Source: an uncultured bacterium
Lineage (GTDB): Bacteria; CSSED10-310; CAZUFC01
DNA: 64,000 nucleotides
Reading direction: 5' to 3'
Assembly (NCBI GenBank): GCA_964619725.1
Contig: CAZUFC010000009.1
Coordinates: forward strand, 32,001-96,000
The notes under the pieces were generated by a model, which made no database searches, was not told where the DNA came from, and was given only the letters and a program-made list of their open reading frames with translations. Within the stretch, counting starts at the first letter, position 1, and the number at the start of each line of letters is the position of its first letter. Below are positions 10,665-20,408 of this stretch, one piece after another. A program made the translations under genes and the position numbers.

Positions 10665-11486
10665 ATGAAAATCATTTCTTTTATCCTGCTGATTTACCTG
10701 GCATTAACTTCATCTGCAAGCTCAGAAGAGAGTGAATTCATAACTTTAGCGACGACTACCAGTACTGAAAACTCAGGCATATTGACGGCTCTGAACGAAC
10801 AATTCACCAAAGATACGGGAATCAACGTTCATGTCGTGGCGAAAGGAACAGGAGCTTCATTGAAGCTCGCAGAAAAAGGCGATGCGGATATTGTTATGGT
10901 TCATTGCCCGGACCTGGAAGAAAAATTCGTGTCCGACGGGTACGGAACAAGGCGATATCCCTTCATGTATAACGATTTCATTTTAATCGGTCCGAAAAAC
11001 GATCCAGCCGGAGCTGAAGGATCGGAAATTCGGGAGGCTATGAAGACGATCGCCCGTAAAAAAGAGACGTTCATTTCTCGTTGTGATCGCTCAGGCACAC
11101 ATATGAAGGAAATGTCTTTATGGAAGCTAATTAATGTTTCCCCTGAAGGAGACTGGCGACTTTGCGTAGGACAGGGAATGGGGAAAACAATCATGATTAC
11201 TTTTGAAAAAGCAGGATATACGTTGAGCGATCGAGGAACTTACCTCGCCTTCAGGAAAAAAAACGACCTGATTATCATCAGCGAGGACTCTGAGCTTCTC
11301 CATAATCCTTACAGTATTATACCCGTGAACCCGAAAAAACATGAACATGTAAAATATGAAAACGCGAAGCGTTATGCTGAATGGATAGTTTCCGATAAGG
11401 CTCAGAGGATCATTGCTGATTTCAGAGTTAAAGGAGAGCCGTTGTTTTTCCCTGATGCGCGAAGTCATTGTTCCGAGAAAAGATAA
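10665..11486 (+). CDS. tupA: Tungstate ABC transporter substrate-binding protein
   Basis: Signal peptide; LATTTSTENSG (TTTS tungstate motif), GTGASL, MYNDF, SGTH, YTLSDRGTY. Confidence 0.9.
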   Translation: MKIISFILLIYLALTSSASSEESEFITLATTTSTENSGILTALNEQFTKDTGINVHVVAKGTGASLKLAEKGDADIVMVHCPDLEEKFVSDGYGTRRYPFMYNDFILIGPKNDPAGAEGSEIREAMKTIARKKETFISRCDRSGTHMKEMSLWKLINVSPEGDWRLCVGQGMGKTIMITFEKAGYTLSDRGTYLAFRKKNDLIIISEDSELLHNPYSIIPVNPKKHEHVKYENAKRYAEWIVSDKAQRIIADFRVKGEPLFFPDARSHCSEKR

Positions 11487-11623
11487 AGTAAAAGCGAATG
11501 CCGGGATTAGAATGTTATGAGTTGTTCAATGCTGATAAATCGCCGGCGTGCAGAATCGCAAGGAGAACAGCAGGCAGGGGACCGAGCGATTCTGTTTAAC
11601 AATTCGAAACAGGATACAGCGAA

Positions 11624-12307
11624 GTGAACGTTATCGCATTTTTCAATTCCATATCGCACTCGGTCGTATCGGAAGCCGTTAAAGTCTCCTTGCAGACATC
11701 CTTGTGTTCAACTGCAGCCGCAGCCGTACCGGGAGTAATATGTGGATTATTGTTGGGGTTGCATCAATTCAAAGGTAGAAACATACTGATTACGGTTCTG
11801 TATACTATGCTGGCTTTTCCCACGGTGGTGATCGGATTGTTCGTATATTTGCTGCTCAGCCGTTCGGGACCTTTCGGCGAACTCGGCTTGCTTTATACTA
11901 AGTCTGCTATCGTTATCGGGCAGACGATACTGATAGCGCCGATTATTGCAACTTTTACCCTCAGTTCGGTCAAAAAGCTTGATCCGATGTTCCTGTTGAC
12001 GGCCCGATCATTGGGAGCACGATCTTTCATACTGTATTCCACGGTGTTGCGGGAAGCTCGCTTCGGCATACTGGCTTCGGTAATAGCCGCATTCGGGAGG
12101 GCGGTATCGGAAGTGGGCGTATCCATGATTCTGGGCGGCAACATCGCAGGCATTACCAGGACGATGACCACAGCCATCTCTCTCGACCTGGATAAAGGAG
12201 AATTCAACCAGGTATTGATCCTCGGCGTATTGCTTTTGACTATTTCGCTGGGGATAAATATTATTTTTCATTGGTTTCAAAGGGATATTGAGGATAATCA
12301 TGCTTGA
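11624..12307 (+). CDS. tupB: Tungstate ABC transporter permease
   Basis: PTVVIGL, SRSGPFG, FGRAVSEVG, GGNI and TRTMTTAI motifs; multiple TM segments. Confidence 0.9.
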   Translation: MNVIAFFNSISHSVVSEAVKVSLQTSLCSTAAAAVPGVICGLLLGLHQFKGRNILITVLYTMLAFPTVVIGLFVYLLLSRSGPFGELGLLYTKSAIVIGQTILIAPIIATFTLSSVKKLDPMFLLTARSLGARSFILYSTVLREARFGILASVIAAFGRAVSEVGVSMILGGNIAGITRTMTTAISLDLDKGEFNQVLILGVLLLTISLGINIIFHWFQRDIEDNHA

Positions 12308-13292
12308 GGCGCGCGATCTGCAAGTCAGATACGGAGATCAAGTCGTTTTAAATCTGGATGGAATAAAATTTTCACACGGTAATACGTACGCTGTCATAGG
12401 AGCGAACGGCGCCGGCAAGTCTACTCTCCTTCTTTGCCTGGCTGGATTGATCAAACCGACCCACGGCAAAATTTTATTGAACAAGAAGGATATCACAGGC
12501 ACGGCGATGCCCTCAATCGGCGTTTTATTGCAGAAAACGTTTCTGTTCTCAGGCTCAGTTCTTAGAAATGTTGAATATGGACTTCGATGTCAGGGCATCA
12601 GTAAATCGGAGAGAAGACATAGAGCGCTGGCTGCCCTGGCGAAAGTCGATATGAAAAGCATGGCGCATAAAACGAGACGAACTCTATCAGGCGGCGAGAT
12701 GCAGAGAGTCGTCCTGGCCAGGATACTGGCTCTGGAACCGGAAATACTTCTTCTGGACGAACCATTCGCACACCTGGATCAGGAATGTTCCGCCACCCTT
12801 CTCCATATTCTGCGTGGAATGAATGAACACAAACGATCAACAACCGTTATAGCCACGCATGACTTCGCCAGGGGCTATGCTCTGGCTGATATTGTCATCG
12901 CTCTGGAATCAGGGAAAAGAGTAAAACCCAGAACGATGAATATACTTCGAGGCATCAGTAGAAGAATCGAGGGACAAAGTATTCTGGAAACAGGAGACGG
13001 ATTGCGCATTCAACATATGGAACCGGTTTTGGGAGAATCTGCTTTCCATGTTGATCCTTCCGCCATCACACTGGCTCGACGGCGCTATATCTCCACCGCT
13101 CGCAACCAGTTGAAAGGAAAAATTACTGCTCTGATCCAGGAAGGAACAGGAATACGCGCTGAAGTCGCGGTTTCCGGCTATGAGTTTTCGATCATGCTTA
13201 CGCAGCAATCCTGTCGCGACCTGATCTTACAGGTAGGCGAAGAAATCTGGCTGGTTTTCAAGGCTTCCGCTGTGAAAAACATTGAATTGTAA
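12300..13292 (+). CDS. tupC: Tungstate ABC transporter ATPase with C-terminal TOBE domain
   Basis: GANGAGKS, LSGGE, LLLDEP; C-terminal STARNQLKG...FKASAV TOBE-like domain; overlaps the tupB stop. Confidence 0.85.
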   Translation: MLEARDLQVRYGDQVVLNLDGIKFSHGNTYAVIGANGAGKSTLLLCLAGLIKPTHGKILLNKKDITGTAMPSIGVLLQKTFLFSGSVLRNVEYGLRCQGISKSERRHRALAALAKVDMKSMAHKTRRTLSGGEMQRVVLARILALEPEILLLDEPFAHLDQECSATLLHILRGMNEHKRSTTVIATHDFARGYALADIVIALESGKRVKPRTMNILRGISRRIEGQSILETGDGLRIQHMEPVLGESAFHVDPSAITLARRRYISTARNQLKGKITALIQEGTGIRAEVAVSGYEFSIMLTQQSCRDLILQVGEEIWLVFKASAVKNIEL

Positions 13293-13363
13293 GAGAGAAG
13301 AATTGAGGAAGATAAACCTGAATTCTGTAAATTCGAGCGTTCTTCTGAAAAAAATGCGCCGCT

Positions 13364-14209
13364 CTACAGACTCCGGCATTTTATTCCGGAAATTCTCTCA
13401 GGCCAGGAATACAGATTGAAACGATTCCCTCTGGCGAATCCTATCAATGTTATGCCGTATTGTTCAGCAAGACGGACCGCAGAATAAGTCGGCGCAGATC
13501 GCGAAACCAGGATGGGAATACAGGCTCTGAGTGTTTTCAGCGTTATTTCACTGGAAATTCTTCCCGAGCTGAAAGTCATAACGGCTTTTTCAGCAGCCGG
13601 CCGGTTCAACATTGACCAGCCTGTCAACTTGTCCAGGCAATTATGTCGTCCGACATCCTCCGAAATATGCAGAAATCGTTTACCGTCGGAAATGCCTGCG
13701 ACATGAACGCAGCCCGTCCTTTTGAAAAGCGTGGAACTCTGTGATAATTCCCGTGCAAGATTACTGATGCTTTCTGCGTCTGTGATATTGCCCTCGACGG
13801 AAAGTTTTTTGAAAAGATTAGATTTCGAAGGATTAATGTACGTTAATCCCTTACCGCAGCCAGGAGTAATCGTAAGCAATTTTTCTCCGCCGGGCCGGCC
13901 GGCATTCTCTTTCACTAGCACTTCAGCCAGGTAATGAACCGGATGAATTTCAATTGAATGTATGTCAGAGTAACTATTCACGATTCCTTCGGAAAACAGT
14001 ACGCCCAGCGTTAATTCTTTCATCTCATGCTGTATGGTTAAAATCGAAACTAAATCCTGATTATTGACACGGATCCGCAGCGAAATTTCATTCAGGATAT
14101 CATCATCAACGCACTCTGTTTGGTTTCGCCTGAAGCGGAATACTTCAACCGTTTCGATTAAACTTTTCATTCCAGCGTTTTCGTTCGTCATCATGGACGA
14201 CTCCCTCAT
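13364..14209 (-). CDS. fdhD: Formate dehydrogenase accessory sulfurtransferase FdhD
   Basis: PGCG, LFKRTGCVH, EDVGRHNCLDK, SGRISSE, SRSAPT and LIGFAR motifs. Confidence 0.93.
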   Translation of the reverse strand: MRESSMMTNENAGMKSLIETVEVFRFRRNQTECVDDDILNEISLRIRVNNQDLVSILTIQHEMKELTLGVLFSEGIVNSYSDIHSIEIHPVHYLAEVLVKENAGRPGGEKLLTITPGCGKGLTYINPSKSNLFKKLSVEGNITDAESISNLARELSQSSTLFKRTGCVHVAGISDGKRFLHISEDVGRHNCLDKLTGWSMLNRPAAEKAVMTFSSGRISSEITLKTLRACIPILVSRSAPTYSAVRLAEQYGITLIGFARGNRFNLYSWPERISGIKCRSL

Positions 14210-14368
14210 TTAAACAGAATGTGCAACGGACAGTCTCGGGCAACCTTTCGATCCCCGCAGGATTGTTCAGCTTAACAAAAAAAATACGGGAAGGGAAACT
14301 GACTTGACCGAACCGGTTTTAAAATGTAAAAAGAAAAGCGGGAATGACCCTGAAAAGGATTGTTTTTA

Positions 14369-14956
14369 ATGAAAGCTCTCATTCTTGCAGGAGGGAAAAA
14401 CAGGCGCTTCGGGTCGCCTAAAGGCTTGATCGATTGGAACGGCAGACCGTTGATTCAGCATATCATGAATTGTCTGACGATGTTTTTTAATGATATCCTC
14501 ATAATCTCAGACATGAACCATTATGATTTTATGAATCTTCCTGTTGTGCCTGATCGAGTTCCAGGACTGGGACCTCTGGGGGGTATTTATACTGGCCTGA
14601 AAGAATTACCGGATGAAGCGGTATTTGCAGCGCCCGTCGATATGCCTTTTCTATCTGAATCCTTAATCGAAGGGCTGATTAATGAACGTAAATCAGAAGA
14701 TGTTACAGTTTATACGCACAAGAATCTGATTGAACCTCTTCCCGGAATTTACGGGCCCGGATGCATTGAAACGATTGATTCCATGGTTGAGAGAAACCGG
14801 CTCGGACTTCATGATCTGTTCAGGAGAGTGAACGCGAAATTCGTACCGTTTTCAGGAGATTCCGGTTTTTTTCAGAATATCAATTCACTTCAAGACTTGA
14901 TCAGGGCCGATAGTTTCCAGCGTGAAATCGATCCCGGGACGTCAGTTTTTTCCTGA
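14369..14956 (+). CDS. mobA: Molybdenum cofactor guanylyltransferase MobA
   Basis: LILAGGKNRRFGSPK, GPLGGI, DMPF, EPL and NINS motifs. Confidence 0.9.
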   Translation: MKALILAGGKNRRFGSPKGLIDWNGRPLIQHIMNCLTMFFNDILIISDMNHYDFMNLPVVPDRVPGLGPLGGIYTGLKELPDEAVFAAPVDMPFLSESLIEGLINERKSEDVTVYTHKNLIEPLPGIYGPGCIETIDSMVERNRLGLHDLFRRVNAKFVPFSGDSGFFQNINSLQDLIRADSFQREIDPGTSVFS

Positions 14957-15002
14957 AATCAAGGAAATAGAGAAGGCCTAACGGTTGGTGAATCCGGTAT
15001 GG

Positions 15003-15043
15003 TGAAAACAAGGGACGGGACAAATTCCCGTCCCTTGTTTTCA
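15003..15043. terminator. Bidirectional intrinsic terminator between convergent mobA and porin genes
   Basis: Perfect 18-bp stem TGAAAACAAGGGACGGGA / TCCCGTCCCTTGTTTTCA with a 5-nt loop. Confidence 0.8.
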
Positions 15044-15055
15044 AATAAAGCTGGA

Positions 15056-16186
15056 TTAGAATCGGTAAATGCCGGAAAGGTACAATTGAGAAGCTGTTGA
15101 ACTGTCGCTGTCATAAGTTTCCATTGAATCCAAAAAGTCACCGGTGAACTGTGTGAATTCTAATCCGACTGAAGCGCCGGCTCCTATTTTAAACTCTATG
15201 CCGGCAAAAAATGCGCTGGTATCCTGGAGCCCAGGATCCGCAATCTGTTCATCATCCGTCAGACTTTCCATGCCGTATCCGCCCCAAGCCATTATTTTAT
15301 CATTGCTGTAGACTAATTCGATCCACGAAGCTGTTACTTCCTGTCCTTCAAAATCGTCTACATCTTCTGAATAAACATCGGCTCGACTTCCAAAAGCATT
15401 CAGGTTCTCACCCGTAGCAAATTCTCCCTTGATGCAGAATCCGCCTCCGAAAGTCAGGTTCAAATCTACTCCTAATCCCATGATGCCCGCATCATCATCG
15501 CCGAAATCCTCGCTGCCGGATACTCCGGAAAAACCGAATTTATAAGCGGCCCCTTCACCGAGTTTGAAACCTACCCGCCCCTGAAATACGGGCAGATTAC
15601 TTTGCATGCCGCCGACGCTCCCCGGGTCTCCCATCATGAGGGCGAATTCTACGGGACTCCCCATATATGTATAGCGGAGTTGACCGCGCCGGAGACCCAT
15701 ATTGCCTACATTCCAGAAATTGCCGTTCGTGTTCAGGGTCGTCGGATTGAGTGGCGAGAAAAGATCCCATTGCTGACCCATTAGAATCGAACTCCCTAAA
15801 TTTTTCCATTCCAGATACGCCAGTCGAGTTCTGAAGCGCATAGAACTGTTGTTGCTGCCGTCGAAAAGATCCCACTCGAGCCTTCCGTTGATGTTAAAAT
15901 TTGAAAACATCCGGGGACCTTTCCAGCGAAAACCGAAGCGGGAATTCTGGGCCGTCAGCGTCGTGTAACTGTTGTCGTACTCTTCCATGTCAGGCTGGGG
16001 CCACCGACCCGCATAAAGATTGTTCATTTCCCAACTCTGATAGATCAGGTCTGCCTTCAGAAAACCATAAAAATTAAATTCATGATTCTCTGTTTCCAGA
16101 AGCGTTATGTTTGCGTTTGCTGCAGGCAGCAGCATACACGTCGTCAGAATGCTCACCAACAATACTGCTTTTACCGTTCGGAACAT
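15056..16186 (-). CDS. Outer-membrane beta-barrel porin-like protein (DcaP-like)
   Basis: Signal peptide; FYGFLKAD, AQNSRFG, RLAY, GQQWDLFSPL; alternating beta-strand pattern and C-terminal aromatic YRF. Confidence 0.7.
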   Translation of the reverse strand: MFRTVKAVLLVSILTTCMLLPAANANITLLETENHEFNFYGFLKADLIYQSWEMNNLYAGRWPQPDMEEYDNSYTTLTAQNSRFGFRWKGPRMFSNFNINGRLEWDLFDGSNNSSMRFRTRLAYLEWKNLGSSILMGQQWDLFSPLNPTTLNTNGNFWNVGNMGLRRGQLRYTYMGSPVEFALMMGDPGSVGGMQSNLPVFQGRVGFKLGEGAAYKFGFSGVSGSEDFGDDDAGIMGLGVDLNLTFGGGFCIKGEFATGENLNAFGSRADVYSEDVDDFEGQEVTASWIELVYSNDKIMAWGGYGMESLTDDEQIADPGLQDTSAFFAGIEFKIGAGASVGLEFTQFTGDFLDSMETYDSDSSTASQLYLSGIYRF

Positions 16187-16339
16187 AGTTTCCTCCTTGT
16201 TTTATTTTCGTTGATGCCAAATGCCCCGAAAAAAGTTCGATTCAAATCTTCTTCTTAGCTGCAGGAAATCGATAAAATTGCGCGTATCCGTCTTCATACT
16301 CCGTTTATCAGACTAAGAAGCCCTCCCAAGTAGCCACTG

Positions 16340-16368
16340 AAACTAGCATTATCTCAAACTCATGTCAA
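16340..16368 (-). promoter_or_regulatory. Sigma70-like promoter for the porin gene
   Basis: TTGACA-17 bp-TAGTTT with a TG extended -10. Confidence 0.45.
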
Positions 16369-16598
16369 TAACAGAATTCCCCTGAATCATTTTTTTTTGA
16401 CTAAAATGACTTTTTAAGCCCTGGTTTTGCTCTCTGAATTGAATTCTTATACCCTTTTCAGTCATACTCTAAGAATTTATTCCATTGTTTTTAAATATTT
16501 TTAAAGCGTCCTCGCGATATTGTTCGCGCCCGGCGATATCCTGATATCCCGTTTAATGAGATTGAAATTATGACATGACCTTACCCGAAGAAAACTGA

Positions 16599-16634
16599 AT
16601 TGACTTTATTATAAGACATTGTTATAAAGTTAAT
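16599..16634 (+). promoter_or_regulatory. fdh operon promoter overlapped by an inverted repeat
   Basis: TTGACT (16600)-17 bp-TATAAA (16623) with TG extension; arms ATTGACTTTAT / ATAAAGTTAAT pair at 10 of 11 positions. Confidence 0.55.
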
Positions 16635-16796
16635 CAGAACCATTGAGTCCGACGAATGAAGTATGATGGAGGGCTCATTGCATTAGGGAGGGGGGCGATT
16701 TAAATTTCAGATATTATTTTGATCGTCGCAGTAGAGAACGGTAGAGGTTTCGATTTTTACCGGTAACGACATTCAAACTGTGAGAGGAGTATTTGA

Positions 16797-16976
16797 ATGG
16801 AAAAAAAAGAAGTATCGCGTCGGAAATTTCTTAAGCAGGCAGCGATTATTTCAGCTGTGGGAGTAGTAGCAGTAACGTCGCGAGGAAAAGCGGGATCGAA
16901 AAACCGGGTTGACCGGCAGATTCTGTATCGTGAAACCAGGGACTGGAAAGCGTATTACAAAACCATCAAGAATTAA
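16797..16976 (+). CDS. Small twin-arginine-signal FDH accessory peptide (59 aa)
   Basis: Manual translation MEKKEVSRRKFLKQAAIISAVGVVAVTSRGKAGSKNRVDRQILYRETRDWKAYYKTIKN; GAGGAG RBS; SRRKFLK Tat motif; ILYRETxxWxxYY tail as in small genes preceding fdhA; below the ORF-track cutoff. Confidence 0.85.
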   Translation: MEKKEVSRRKFLKQAAIISAVGVVAVTSRGKAGSKNRVDRQILYRETRDWKAYYKTIKN

Positions 16977-16988
16977 GGAGTGTAATTT

Positions 16989-19754
16989 ATGAGCGAGCGC
17001 AAGGGAATGAATCGAAGAAGCGCTTTAAAGTTACTGGCCGGCATAGCCGGTTTGGGCGCAATGGCGACGGGGTCGCGCGGAGTCGTAACCAAGGTTCGGG
17101 CTGCACAAAGCAGACCGTATCCTGGTTCGAAGAAGATTCGCACGATCTGTAACAATTGTTCGGTAGGCTGCGGCATAGAAGCTGAGGTGCAAAATGGTGT
17201 TTGGGTAAGGCAGGGAGCAGTGACCGATCATCCGATTTCACAGGGAGCGCATTGTTGTAAGGGCGCTAGCGCAATCGATACGGTCAAGAGCGAGAGACGT
17301 CTAAAATTCCCCATGATGAAAAAGCGGGGAAAATGGAAGCGAATAAGCTGGGACAAGGCCATGGAAGACATCTCGAAAAAGCTCTTGAAAATCCGGAAAA
17401 AGTACGGTCCGGATGCCGTGATGTGGATGGGTTCGGCGAAGGTATCGACAGAGATGGCCTATTTGCAGCGTAAATTCGCAGCTTTTTGGGGTACCAACAA
17501 TATCGATCACCAGGCCCGCATATGCCATTCGACCACCGTCGCCGGCGTGGCCAATACATGGGGCTACGGCGCCATGACGAACAATATGAACGATATCCGG
17601 AACTCCAAGCTGGTATTTTTCATCGGGTCGAATGCCGCAGAAGCGCATCCCGTGTCGATGCAGCACATACTCACAGGCAAGGAGCGCGGCGCTAAATTGA
17701 TCTGCGTGGACCCGCGTTTCACGCGAACAGCGGCCAAAAGCGACGAGTATGTTCGCATCAGGTCAGGCACGGATATCGCTTTTGTTTTAGGTCTGGTGAA
17801 CATGATTTTCCGGAAGGGATGGGAGGATAAGGAATTCATTAAGCAGCGAACTTATGGTCTGGACGAAGTTCGCGAAGAAGTAAAGAAATACACGCCGGAA
17901 GTTGTCCAGGATATCACAGGAGTTTCCCCGGAACAACTTGAGCGCGTCGCCCGCATGATGGCGACCAACAAGCCCGGTACGGTAATCTGGTGCATGGGCG
18001 GGACTCAGCATCACATAGGAAGCAGCAACACGCGCGCCTATTGCATTTTACAACTTGTTTTAGGAAACATGGGTAAATCGGGCGGCGGCTGCAACATATT
18101 CCGCGGACATGATAACGTTCAGGGCGCGACGGATATGTGTGTCTTGTCTCACAGCCTGCCGGCATATTACGGATTAAGCGAGGGTTCCTGGAAGCACTGG
18201 TGCCGGGTGTGGAATGTGGATTTCGACTGGTTGAAAAATCGTTTTCATTCTCCGGAAATGATGGGTGAGAATGGCTTTACGGTTGCCCGGTGGTATGACG
18301 GAGTTCTGTTCGATGAATCGGAAATCAATCAACCCTCCAAGTTGCATGCCGTAGTAATCTGGGGGCATTCAGGCAACTCGCTGTCCCAGTTCCACCGGGT
18401 AAAAAAGGCTCTCGACGAAATCGACCTGGTAGTCGTTATCGACTGTTTTCCGACAGCCGTAGCTTCCTCAACCGATCGGAAGGATGGAGTCTACTTGTTG
18501 CCGGCTGCCAGTCAGTTTGAAACTTCCGGCAGCATTACCGCCAGCAACCGTTCAATACAATGGCGTTTCAAGGTCGTAGACCCTGTTTATGAAGCGCGTC
18601 CGGATTATGATATTTGTTTCGATCTGGCAAAGCACTTGGGCTTCTACGAAGAGTTTGCGAAGAATTTCAAGCAAATACCGGAAGACGTCACGCGAGAGAT
18701 CAATAGGGGAACATGGACGATCGGATATACAGGTCAGACTCCTGAACGTATTAAGGCTCATACGGAGGGATGGGGCGATTTCGATGTTGAGGATCTGAAA
18801 GCTCAGAAAGGCAGTAGGTTCAAAGGCGAATACTACGGTATGCCCTGGCCGTGCTGGACGGAAAAGCATCCTGGCACTCCGATCCTTTACGACATCTCCA
18901 AACCTGTGGCCGAGGGCGGCTTACCGTTCCGCAACCGTTTCGGACTCGAACACAACGGAGTCTCTCAGTTGGCCGGCGAAGGATCCGCTAATCCGGGTTC
19001 TAAAGTTATGCGCGGTTATCCGGAGATGAGCGGAAAGGTATTAGAGGAACTTGGAATCGAATTGACCGATGAGGAGAAAAAACTGATCGAGGGTCGCAAC
19101 TGGAAAACGGATTTGAGCGGAACTATCGTTAAAAAAGCTATCGAAAACGGACTGGCGCCATTCGGAAATGCTCGCGCCAGGGCCATAGTATGGACATGGC
19201 CGGATCCGATTCCACTGCATAGAGAACCCCTCCATACGCCGCGTCCTGATCTCATCAAAAGCTGGCCCACATACGACGACATAACCAATCATTATCGCCT
19301 GCCGACGCGATTCAAGAGCGAACAGAAACCGGGCTGGGTCAAGGATTACCCCATCGTTATCACTACAGGCCGAATGGTCGAATATATGGGCGGAGGCTCA
19401 CGTACTCGCTCGAACAAGTATTTAGCCGAATTGCAGCCCGATATGTACGCGGAAATTAATATCCTGACAGCAGAAGAATACGGTATAAAGGACGGCGATC
19501 TGATATGGATCGAAAGCCCCAACGGCGGTAAATGTCGCGTGAAAACAAAAATCACGGACAGAGTCAACAAGGGACTCATCTTTTTACCCTATCACTTCGG
19601 CGGCGAATTGGAAGGTCAAACAAGGGCTTATCCCGAGGGAACCGCTCCTTATGTTGTCGGAGCCCCGGCTAATGTGGTCACTAACTATGGATACGACATC
19701 ATTACTCAGATGCAGGAAACCAAAACCGGTCTCTGCCGCATCCGGAAGGCATAG
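16989..19754 (+). CDS. fdhA: Formate dehydrogenase alpha subunit (Mo/W-bisPGD, Cys ligand, Tat-exported)
   Basis: NRRSALK Tat signal; CNNCSVGC...HCCKG 4Fe-4S motif; DHQARICHS active site; RGHDNVQGATD; QETKTGLCRI end. Confidence 0.95.
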   Translation: MSERKGMNRRSALKLLAGIAGLGAMATGSRGVVTKVRAAQSRPYPGSKKIRTICNNCSVGCGIEAEVQNGVWVRQGAVTDHPISQGAHCCKGASAIDTVKSERRLKFPMMKKRGKWKRISWDKAMEDISKKLLKIRKKYGPDAVMWMGSAKVSTEMAYLQRKFAAFWGTNNIDHQARICHSTTVAGVANTWGYGAMTNNMNDIRNSKLVFFIGSNAAEAHPVSMQHILTGKERGAKLICVDPRFTRTAAKSDEYVRIRSGTDIAFVLGLVNMIFRKGWEDKEFIKQRTYGLDEVREEVKKYTPEVVQDITGVSPEQLERVARMMATNKPGTVIWCMGGTQHHIGSSNTRAYCILQLVLGNMGKSGGGCNIFRGHDNVQGATDMCVLSHSLPAYYGLSEGSWKHWCRVWNVDFDWLKNRFHSPEMMGENGFTVARWYDGVLFDESEINQPSKLHAVVIWGHSGNSLSQFHRVKKALDEIDLVVVIDCFPTAVASSTDRKDGVYLLPAASQFETSGSITASNRSIQWRFKVVDPVYEARPDYDICFDLAKHLGFYEEFAKNFKQIPEDVTREINRGTWTIGYTGQTPERIKAHTEGWGDFDVEDLKAQKGSRFKGEYYGMPWPCWTEKHPGTPILYDISKPVAEGGLPFRNRFGLEHNGVSQLAGEGSANPGSKVMRGYPEMSGKVLEELGIELTDEEKKLIEGRNWKTDLSGTIVKKAIENGLAPFGNARARAIVWTWPDPIPLHREPLHTPRPDLIKSWPTYDDITNHYRLPTRFKSEQKPGWVKDYPIVITTGRMVEYMGGGSRTRSNKYLAELQPDMYAEINILTAEEYGIKDGDLIWIESPNGGKCRVKTKITDRVNKGLIFLPYHFGGELEGQTRAYPEGTAPYVVGAPANVVTNYGYDIITQMQETKTGLCRIRKA

Positions 19755-19765
19755 GGAGGTAAATT

Positions 19766-20314
19766 ATGACTCAGATGATTCATATTTGCGATAAAGAAAG
19801 ATGCATAGCCTGTTCCAGTTGCATCGTCGCGTGTAAGGTCGGGCACGACATCCCAGTCGGTGTTTCTCGCCGGAAAGTATACACGATCAATGAAGGCACG
19901 TCGGAAGAAATAAGCGTATCAGTCGCATGTCGACACTGCGCCGAGCCTTACTGCATGGAAGTATGCCCCGTGGACGCCATCAGCAAGCGTCCTGACGGCA
20001 TCGTTCAAACCGACAAGAAAAAGTGTATTTCCTGTAAAGCCTGTCTGGACGCCTGTCCGTTTGGTATACCAGCTTTTCTGGAAGTAGATGGACAACTCAG
20101 CCCGCAAGAAAAGTGTACCTATTGCGCCGGAGGACCCGACGTGGAAACCTTTTCGGAGGAAGAATACCAACTTTACGGACAAAACAGGATCGCTGAAGGT
20201 AAACCGCCGTTATGTGCGGCCATGTGTTCTACAAAAGCCCTGATGGCTGGAGAAAACACGGTTCTGAAGGACATATGGGATCGTCGCAGAGCGAAAAGAT
20301 TTAAAATGCCGTAA
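19766..20314 (+). CDS. fdhB: Formate dehydrogenase iron-sulfur subunit
   Basis: Four Cys clusters (CIACSSC, CRHCAEPYC, CISCKAC..CP, KCTYCAGG); YGQNRIAEGKPPLCA..CSTKAL. Confidence 0.92.
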   Translation: MTQMIHICDKERCIACSSCIVACKVGHDIPVGVSRRKVYTINEGTSEEISVSVACRHCAEPYCMEVCPVDAISKRPDGIVQTDKKKCISCKACLDACPFGIPAFLEVDGQLSPQEKCTYCAGGPDVETFSEEEYQLYGQNRIAEGKPPLCAAMCSTKALMAGENTVLKDIWDRRRAKRFKMP

Positions 20315-20346
20315 CAGCTTTTCTTTCTGGAAATTTTACGGTTATT

Positions 20347-20384
20347 CCCCGCTTTGCCGACTCGGCAAAGCGGGGCGCTTTTTC
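20347..20384 (+). terminator. Stem-loop or terminator after fdhB
   Basis: CCCCGCTTTGCCGA-C-TCGGCAAAGCGGGG perfect inverted repeat followed by CGCTTTTTC. Confidence 0.7.
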
Positions 20385-20408
20385 AATTCATAAAAGGAGA
20401 GGCGCCGG

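Noticed and set aside
11551-11594. Inverted repeat CAGAATCGC/GCGATTCTG between tupA and tupB
   Set aside because: Nine-bp arms with a long loop and no strong U-tract; at most an mRNA-stabilising hairpin.
17510-17535. Selenocysteine in FdhA
   Set aside because: The active-site codon is TGC (ARICHS); the ORF has no in-frame TGA.
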